61,269 nt of DNA from a virus (taxonomy: Duplodnaviria; Caudoviricetes): IMG/VR virus record IMGVR_UViG_3300032273_000002, positions 1 through 61,269 of that record. The stretch is one strand, 5' to 3'. The translations under genes were made by a program, and so were the position numbers. This document shows, piece after piece, positions 16,684-26,200 of this stretch. The number at the start of each line of letters is the position of its first letter. The first letter of the stretch is position 1. Under the pieces are notes generated by a model, which searched no databases, was not told the DNA's origin, and saw only the letters and a list, made by a program, of their open reading frames with translations.

Positions 16684-17235
16684 CTATTCATGCTCGATGA
16701 AAAGGCGGACACCAAAGGTCTTGGCAGTGGAATTTGCAAACGTGATTTTGATGATATCATTCTCCTCGAAATAGAGGCGATTGACCTCATCGTAGAATTC
16801 CGCCCAGTTGGTTTCCGTATTAAAATCGTGGCTATCGGCCGTCACATCAAAGTCAGCGCCGCGGTTAGAATCGCAAACGATGCTCATCAGTTCGCTGACG
16901 CCAACCCCCGCGCTGAGCTTTGCTGCAATGCCAGCCACCCAGCCGGGACGTTTCATTAGGCTGCCGCTCACCCAGGTCTCGGTGCCGGCCAGGGTCTCTG
17001 CGACATACTTGGCCTCGATGTCGAAACTGTTGGTGGCAACGGCCTTGAGCTCGTGATTGCCATCGTAGTTGCCTGTGCCGGAAATATAGACATGTGACCC
17101 GGCTTTCAGGCCGTGGGCAGTGTCAGGCAACCGCACGATCCCGTTTCCCTGGTCTGTGACCGCAGCACCGTTGAAGGTGCCGTTGGCCGCTGCAGCGCCG
17201 TTGAAGATCAGCTGACTCGGTACGTTTGCTCTCAT
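16684..17235 (-). CDS. Putative virion structural protein
   Basis: AHGLKAGSHVYISGTGNYDG beta-domain motif; late operon context. Confidence 0.65.
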   Translation of the reverse strand: MRANVPSQLIFNGAAAANGTFNGAAVTDQGNGIVRLPDTAHGLKAGSHVYISGTGNYDGNHELKAVATNSFDIEAKYVAETLAGTETWVSGSLMKRPGWVAGIAAKLSAGVGVSELMSIVCDSNRGADFDVTADSHDFNTETNWAEFYDEVNRLYFEENDIIKITFANSTAKTFGVRLFIEHE

Positions 17236-17236
17236 C

Positions 17237-20200
17237 TCATTCCCCCAATCGCATTTCGTTTAAGGTTTTGGGTTTGTGCTCGACTTTTGGCCAGGGCAGC
17301 TCTCTGGCCAGGCCGCTTTTGTAGGTCCTATGATACCACTGTTCGGCCAGCTCGAGAACCTGCATTTGATGCGGGCTTAGCATCCCGCGGAACTGATTGC
17401 GGTATTTACTGGTTACCCTGTTGAGCGGGTGAGCGCGAGCGATCGATTGTGTCATGCCTTTTTGTGTGCCGCCCAGCTCAACATACTTTTTAAGGTATCG
17501 CTCGGCTGAGGGCAGATCGCCATACTTGAGGGCCTGACGGTAGTAGTACATGGCGTTTGATTTATCGCTCGGGCTGTAGCTGCTGCCGCCGATGCCCTCG
17601 TCGACTTTTTCCATAAATTCAAAGGTCCAGCTGATGGTCTGATAATATGCCATCTCGCCGGGATCGTTGTTGTAAACGGCCATCGAGGTGATATCAAACC
17701 ACAGCCGCTCGGCTGCCGTGCTGCCGCGCCGCGGCTTGCCGGAGACAATGCGGTAGGGCCGCTCGAGGGAAAAAAGCCGGAAGATCTCACCGACCTGGTC
17801 GCGCACCGGCCGGCTCTCGAAGGGGCCTTCCGGATAAAAACTCTGACCGCTGGCAAGGGTATAGAGCAGCTTGGGCCCCGGCCGCAGCCCCTGGAAATAC
17901 TTTCGCACAGGCGCCTTCGCTGTCTCTGTGATCCACTCGCCAGGCGCTGTTCTGCCCTTTGCGAGATCGCGAACGTCCTGCGGCAGGTCCTCGCCACCAA
18001 ACCAGGCCAGCGCATCGGAGAAGGCGCCCTGGATGCGAAGGGTCCGGATGCTGCCATCGGATCGGCGCCCCAGGATAAGGTGCATTTGCCGGCGCTGCTG
18101 TTCGGGCAGCTCTTTTTCCTCGTCAGAGAAAAACGTCATATTCCAAAGATTCACAAGGGCCATAAAGGATACCATCTTTATCCCCAGGGCCGCTGTCTTC
18201 CAGGTGGCTTTTTTACCCAGGGCCACTGGAATCAATTTGGTGCTTTTGCCCTCGTGTTTCATGTTGGCTATCAGGCGCACGTACCGGGGCGCATTGACCT
18301 CAAGCCAGCTGTAAAATGGGACCATGTGCCGCCGGAGCCATTGGCCGGCATCGGAGATGTTGCCATAGTCGCCGATAAGATCCCGCCCCAGCTTGGCGGC
18401 TTTCTCGTCCAGGTCCTCGATCGCATCGACCTCTGAGCGCCGGCTGGCGCCATAGACCGCGGCCCCTTCGGCAAGCTGGTCCTTGAAAAACCGCCAGGCA
18501 GCCAGCCGCAGGATGTTCTCGCGCAGCGCGGTGATGTTCTTCGGCCGGGTCCAAAAGGTGTGTTTCAACCCGCGGCCGATGCGCTGAAACATCGAGGGGT
18601 CGCTGAAGGCCTCCAGGGCCTCCTCGTAGGTCAGGGACTGCGAGAGCTCGCTGAGCTCCTGGACGCTCCAGCCGGATCCGATCACCCCCAGGCGCCTGGC
18701 CAGCTCGAGCTCTTTTATTGTCTCGTCGCTAATCGCCTTCGGCCGGCCCCATTTTACAGCTCTGAGCGCCTTTTCGGTCCAGGTGACTTTGCCCTTGCTG
18801 CGATACTCGCGCACAAGATCACGCATCGCGGCGCCAAAATAGGCCCCCTGCAGCCGCGGGTCATAGGCAAAGGCGATGTCCATGTCACCGGAAAAGTTGT
18901 TCGCATTGTACTTGAAAACCCGCATCGGGTTGATCAGCGTCCACTGCTTCCAGCGGCCCAAAAATTTAGCCGACCATTTTGCCATCCAATGATTGTCTGC
19001 GACAGTTTTGCCGTAATTGTCCAGCGTGCGGGCGAGATCGTTAGGGATATACCACTCGGGATCCTTGCCCTTTAGCCAGACCTCGCGCATCTTCGCCTCG
19101 CCAATGGCGATGTCGCCGCTGGCGATCTTATCGATCATGCGGTCGGTGATGGTGGTGGCCTTGTACCACACCGAGCCAATCGCCGGTTTCCAGGGCACGT
19201 AGCCTTCGGGCAGAAACTCTTTCCATTCACGTTTCTCGCCGGTCTCCCGCTCGTGGCTCTTGGCCAGCTCCTTGGCCCGCTCGGTGTAATCGGCAATATT
19301 TTTGATGCGGTTGAGCGAGCCCAGGGTCTCGAGCTGCAAAAACGCCTGGGCGATGACCTCGTATTCAGCCTGTGCGTAGTCGGTGTTGTAGTCCGCCAGA
19401 GAGCCGGTTCTGGCCAGCTGCCAGCCCTTCTTGCGGTATTCCAGCCGGCGCTGCGAAAGGCCCGCGCCCAGGTAGTATTGATCGCCCTCGCTGGTCAGCG
19501 CCCGATACTTTAACACCTGGTGGTGGAAATACCGGTCGTCCTCGAGCACCTTCTCATCCAATATGTGGTGCTTGACCAGCAGCTGCTTGAGCCGCCGATT
19601 AAACAGATCCCTGCGAGCCAGGGCGCTTGCGACCAGTCGATCGCCGTTCGCCTGGTCCGTAACGTACTTGTGGTATGTGCGGACCTCAGCTTCCGTTTTA
19701 AATCCAAATGGATATCTCTCATCCTTTTCGGCATCCGGCCTAAGCAGTCCGGAATCGATGTCCTTGATCATATCGTCCATGATCAGGGCCATCCGGAAGG
19801 CCGTATACTGTTTGGGCTTTAGACCGTGCAAGATGTTGGTTATAACCGAGCCGGCCCGCCTGGCCGCGTTTTCTCCGACCTCCTGGTGGAGCCTGAGCAC
19901 GTTTAAAACGGATCCATAGTTTTTGGGGTCGAGTTCGGCGTAGCTTCGCGTAAATGTGTTTTTGGCCTCGGTCATCAGCTTCCGGATGCGCTCTACGACC
20001 GGCGGCTCCTTGAGGCCCCCGGGTTGCTCGATCCGCTTGCGGGTCTTTTCGTCAAGGGCATCGAGCACGTTCTCTGCCATGTCATTCTCGCCCGCCTCTG
20101 GCGGCATGGTGGCCTCGAGCATCTGGATGTATTGATCGACAACCGGTCGCAGCTGCGGGTTGCTCTCGATGCCCTTTTTGGCCGAAAACATCGGCGTGAA

Positions 20201-23200
20201 TTTGCGCTTGCCGATGGCAACGACCTCATCGCCGATGCGGAATTGCTCGGGCGCCCCGTACAAATCGGTATACTGGCGCCTTAAAACCCGCAGAGGCACA
20301 TCGTCATCGCTGTGGCGCTCCAGGAACTCGTGATAAAACGGGACGCCGGTCTCTCTGATGCTAAGCGCCTCCAGGGCCTCGGGAGTGGCGACCGCCTCAA
20401 GCTGCTCGCGATACAACGCACTGACCCTGGCCGGCTGCAGGCGGCTTGGTTTGGCCGAAAATAGCGGCATGCCTTCTGACGCTTTTTGTCGCATCTTGTC
20501 GGTAACATCGATTGCCGATACGCTCAGCGGATCCCGGTAACCTTCAAACTCAAGAAAACCATGAAGGACGGTTTCGTAGGCATCCTGATATGAATCGAAG
20601 ATCAGGCTGGTGTAACCGCCTGCGTAAAAAGGGGAGTCTGTATCATCACTCTCTTTGACCCTAAAGACCCCTGTTTCGACCTCTTCGATTTGGCTGACGA
20701 TTTGATCGTGCGAGGGCACATATGAAATGGCTGAACTGTCTTTGGGCGACTTAGAGACAACTATCCGGTGGACCTTCGCATTGCCCCAGGATTTTTTGTT
20801 AAACATCCGGTTGACGTTGTTGGTCAGCATCTTGTCGTAAAATATTTTCATGCCGGCGCCACCGATGTGCAGGTCGCTGCCCGAGAACGTCCAGTCTGTC
20901 CCTTCTGAATCCTCAAAGACTTTGCGGGTCAATTCCTTGCCAATAACTCCCTCGAGCTCGTTGCCTTTAAAGGCGCCGACATCTTTCCACAGACCCTCCT
21001 GGCGGGTGCGCACTTTCACTTCGTATTTATCAACGTCTAATTTCGTGACCACCACACGGTCGGTATAGGTGCCCAGGCGATAGCGTTGGGCCTGGATGTG
21101 CCCAGGCGTCCAGGCGATGCGATCAAAACCGTGGACGGCCGCCCACCTGACCATGCGCTTGAACCCGAGCATCATCCAGGTGTTGGCGCCTTTCCAAGGG
21201 GCCTCGGGCACAGCAGAAGCATCATACCCCTCTCTTGCTTCGATAGCCTCTATCCGGTAAATATCCTTCTGTGCTTCCGGCAGAGCTTCAAATGGGGTGT
21301 TGCTGACAGTGCCGTAAATATGTTGATTGTAATATTCGTGGGCTATTTGGTCGAGAGCCTCTTGCCGGTAAATATCCTGCTTTTCTTCCGGCAGAGCTTC
21401 AAATGGGGTGTTGCTGACAGTGCCGTAAATATTTTCATTGTAATATTTAAGGACATACTCCTCATCGGAGAGGTCCATTTTTTCCGGATCGAAATAGCCA
21501 TGCTTGTGGCCCTGCTCGTGCCAGTCGCTTTGGATCTCTTCGATAAACAAAACCCTCTTGCCGTTGGCATCGTAGCGCTCGTTAAAGCGCACATGCAAAA
21601 TTGGATTGGTGGTATCAAGCCCGCGATTGGACCAGTGGTCGTATCCAGCAGCTGGCTCAAAGCTGCCTATTTGCCGGCCAGAATACTCGGGCATTCCCTC
21701 TATCTTGGCCATATTATGCTCGAGCCCGGCCTCGAGCTTTTGTTTTTGTGCAAGCAATGGCGCCGCCTCCCGCCACGCTGCAGGGCTCCTTGTCGCCTCC
21801 GATACCCACTCATCCTCATAAGACGGATGCCGGGTGATATTGGCCGTAAACGTGTCATCGCGCTCTGCGATTTCGCGGAGATCGCGTTCGATATCTCTTA
21901 TCAGCTCTTTGGCAAGTTCGATCTCATACTCCAGATCGTTAAATTCTTTCCACTCTTTGTCGGTACGAGAGACAAGCGTGGGATTAATCGACATGATCAG
22001 CTCGGTGTATCGGTCTCCACCGTGGACCTGGTAATCCGCGTATTGCGGACTGCTCTCACCCTCATCGAATTCATCTTCGGCATTTTGTTTGTAGTAGCTA
22101 AGGGAATATATTTCACGAACAGTAGGAGGAAATTCGGCTCGGTCTGCATACAACTCATCAACGTCTGCGAGAAGCGAATCCAACAGGGAGTCATCGTTCC
22201 GGTTTACATAATCATGAACGGCGTCGTCGTATTGCTCTTGAAGAGCATCAAATTTTTTTCGTGTGATGGTGCCGTTGTTTAGCAGCGCGGATGTAAAATC
22301 GTCCCAATCATCTGCTAATTGATCAACGACGGCACGGCGCAGATCGGTATAGTCTGCGGTGCTCAGCACCTCCTCTTCGAGATATAAGCTGCCAGAATCG
22401 ACAATGTCGAGGACTTCTTCTTTGGTGATTTTCCCTCCTCCGGCATCCTTTGGTTTAAAGCCTGGAAAAAGCGGGTCGGCTGCCGCCGTTGGCTTCTCGA
22501 GTTCCTCTGGCAGTGAGGACCACTCGAGCTCTTCGGCCTTGAACTCTTTTCCGGCCCAGGCCTTGATCATCTTGTACATGTTTTCCCTGGTGCTCTTATT
22601 TGGCAGCTTCTTGGCCAAGACGTTGCGCATCTGCGAGTACCAGCCGGCCTGTTTTGCCGAAAACATAATATCAGCATTTGTGGTGTTAAACGTGCCGCGG
22701 TTAAACACCGACTTTATCTGCGTGGGCTCAAAGACCACATAAGAGTCTTGAACTTTGTCGGACTCCTCGAGAGCCTTTTTTCTGGCGTAGATCTCAGAGC
22801 GGCGCTCTTCGTTGTCGGGCGAAACAGCATCGAGCTCGGCCATGATCGCGGCCATGCCCTCGATCTCACCCGAATTTTTATAGACGAGACCGTCATAGCC
22901 CTTGCTTTCTAAAAGCCGGATTACTTCCTCGGTAAACTCGGCCTGCAGGATTTCCAGGTCCTTGTCTATATCGTCGCCGGTGCCTTCCATCTGCTCTTCT
23001 ATGTGCATCAGTTGTGACTCGTAGCTGGCGAGCTCCTGAATCTGCCTTTCAGAGAATTTTTTTGTTTTTTCAAGTATAAAAGGCATATTGTACACATCCC
23101 AGGCGCCGGGATCATCAACCCTCAGCGGCTTTTCGATTTTCAGAAAAACCGGATAGATCCGCTGGCCCATAACGCCGGACATGTCCAGCCGGCTTTTGTA

Positions 23201-26200
23201 TGCCAGCCGGTCGTTCGCCTGCTCTTTGGTGCCAAAGTGAATCCCGATATCTCTTGGGCTGCGCCTAAAGCGTGTGAAGTCATCGACGCTGTCGGTGCCA
23301 TGGTAGACCACCCGCGGGTTGCCTTTTTTGTCCACCACCCTGGAGTCGCCAAACCACTGCGCAAACACCGGATTGCTCCGGAGCCTGGCCGCCGAAGACT
23401 TCTCCGACAGCGGCACCTGGCGCTTTTGCGAGGCGATCAAAACATCTCTCTTGCCTTCGGCCTGGCGCACATCCGCGAAGTGCTCACGCAGTTGCGCTCT
23501 AACCAACCTCAGGGCGGTCTTGTGGCTCATGCGCTGCAGGAATCCTTCACGCGAGGCGGCCGGCATGTTGACCACCAGGCGGCCGCCTTTGCGCGAGGTC
23601 GCCGCCACGAGCTGCGCCATGGTGGTGTTAAACGATGACGGTGAATTCTGGACGTTCAATACGTTCGATGCGGCAACGATGTCATATTTGCGCTCAAGAG
23701 CATTGGCGTCATGCGCATCGGGATCGAGGTTCTCGCCGAAGTCATATGCCGTGACCTGTGCGCCGAGCTTGCGCAGTTGATCGAGGTGCGGCAGCTGGCC
23801 ATCCTCGTTTGGTTTGCCGGCACCGTAATCAAGGATCCGGTCACCGCTGCTGGCGATCGCGGCCACAGCCTGGGGCACCGCCTCCGTTAGTCTTTCACTG
23901 GAGGCCACCTTATCGCTTTTATTGGCAACGCGGATATCCTCATTGTTATAAGCGGCATCGTTGCCGCGGCTCTTGACGCTGAACTGCAGCAGCTTGGCGT
24001 CCTCTGGACCGATCAAACGGCCATCGGCAAGCTGCTGGCCGGCCTTGATGGCGATTGGCGCCTGTATCTCGCCACCGCGCAGGTACACATGCGCCATCAC
24101 GGCCTGGTCATGCACCCACTGCAAAAAGTCGTAGTGTTCTTGGGCGGCTTCATAATCAGTGGTTCTTCCTTGGCTCTGCTCCCTTAGATCGTAGAGAAGG
24201 ATGTCACTTTTCTTCCCCTTCTTAAAAGCCTTCATCTGCTTTCTTAGTTTTTTCATCGAATCGCGAATAATCTCAATCGCGGAGACAAGATACCCCTGTA
24301 TGGTAGGCTCCAGCATGATGTTGTTTGGATCGAGGCCGAGCTCCCGCTTGGCTCGGGCGACCAGCGCCAGCTTTTCTTCTCGGCTTCTTGTCCCTGGGCC
24401 ATGTTTTTTCATGATGAACTCTCCGAGGCTCATCGGATCCGCGCCGGAGAGAAAGGTTAAAATAGGGGAAATCTTTTTGGGAAGCTTTGGGTCCTTAATA
24501 GACCAAAGCTTGCCTTTCGTATCGACGCCAAATTCGCGAAAAGCGGTCATGCACCCGCGCTGACTCAATGCGCACTGGCGACAGCTCGATATAAAATGCC
24601 GCTCGCCGGCATCGCAAGGACAGCTGATCTCGCGCAGCTTCGGATTTTCGAGCGCATAGTGCAGCTCCTTCTCTGCGGCCAGAATCAACCCCAGGGCCTT
24701 GTCCTTTTGCAGCGCCTCCATGGTCGCCACCTCCTCGAGCGAGGTGAACAAAAAGGCGTTTGAAATACCGTGCTTGTGCATGTTCTCGACCAAAAAATCG
24801 TGCCCGTAAACTCCGTAGAGCATTTGATCGAGCGAGCCCATCCGCAGAAACGGGGCCGCGGCCGTGCTGATCAGCTCGCGCAGCATCTCATGATGCCGAC
24901 TGAAGATATGGATCGGCCGGTCGGCAACTTTGGCCAGTTTGTTGTAACCCTTTATCTGCTCGATGGTGGTCAAATCGCCTGAGCCCTGCAGCCGGATGAA
25001 CAAAAGCTCCGGCCGTTTCATCTTGCGAGCCTCATCCGCCAGGCGAACCGCCCATTTGTCCGGATCCATCAAAATGGCCAGCTGGTTCCGAAACGCTTTG
25101 TTGATGGTGTCTTGCCGCAGCATATTTGAGGCGGCATAGCACACAATGCACTGCTCGGTCGGATCGCACGTTGCCAACAGAAAGTCAGCCGATCTAATCG
25201 CTTTGGCATTCTCGGTAAGCAGCGGTTTGCCCGCCTCGTCCACTGGCACCAGCAAATTGCCATTGCGCATGAATTGGCCAAATTTGACAAAGGTCTCGCC
25301 GGCAGATTTAATCCGATTGCCCGCCTCATCTTTTCCCGGCGAGCGGAAGCTGAGGCCTCTGGCCTTCGCCATCTCCTTGAGGTTGTATTTTTCGTTGAGC
25401 AGCTCGTGCGCCTCGCCGGATTCAACCACACGGTAGATGTCTATGAGCAGATCGCTCGGCACGATGCTGCGGGCGGGCTTCCGGCCGGCACCTGGCACCT
25501 CGATCGCACGCTCTGAAGGCCCGAATAGGATTTCGAAGATCTGGAGCTCTCGAGCCAACCGGTTGTTCACGATAAAAAACCGAGTCTCGTGGAAGGGCAT
25601 ATCTTTCCACTTTTTCTCTGCGTAGCGCCGTTTGGCATCGAAGAAGATCTGCGGGTTTGACGCCTCTGCAACGCTCATCAAATCGATGCCCTGCTCGATG
25701 CGCCGGTCCAGCTCTTCGCTGCTCGGCTTAGCCTCCATAACGCTTTTCAGCGCCGCAGCCTTTTTCGTGGAAAGCAGGACCTCATCCTTGTTTAGCTTCC
25801 CGTAGTCTCCTCCAACGGTAAACTGCCACAGATCAGGCAAGGCGTTTTGGTCTCGCTGGCTGATGCCAGAGGCGATGTAATCGTGCAACGCCACATCAGA
25901 GCCCAGGGCCCCTCTGAGGCCACGTATAAAATCGGTTCGGCTATTTATCTTCTTCTGAAGATGCTTGTCACCTGCTGGCCCTGGCGCAGCTTCGATGAAA
26001 AAAATCATTCCTTGAGCACTCGTCTTTTCAAGGACCTTGAGAATCTCAACTGCGCCTTGCTTAACCGTTAATCCCTTGGGATATTCGTAAAAGCCGAGCA
26101 CTTGATTTTGGGCATTTAATAGTAAAAAACCCTCTGCATCTGCACCAAACAGATCTTTTTTCACCGAGATGGCAGCCTGAGAATTGTTGACCGCCGGCCC

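Noticed and set aside
21246-21447. Possible DGR template/variable repeat pair
   Set aside because: Differences are not adenine-specific, both copies are in frame in one gene, and no reverse transcriptase is present in the window.
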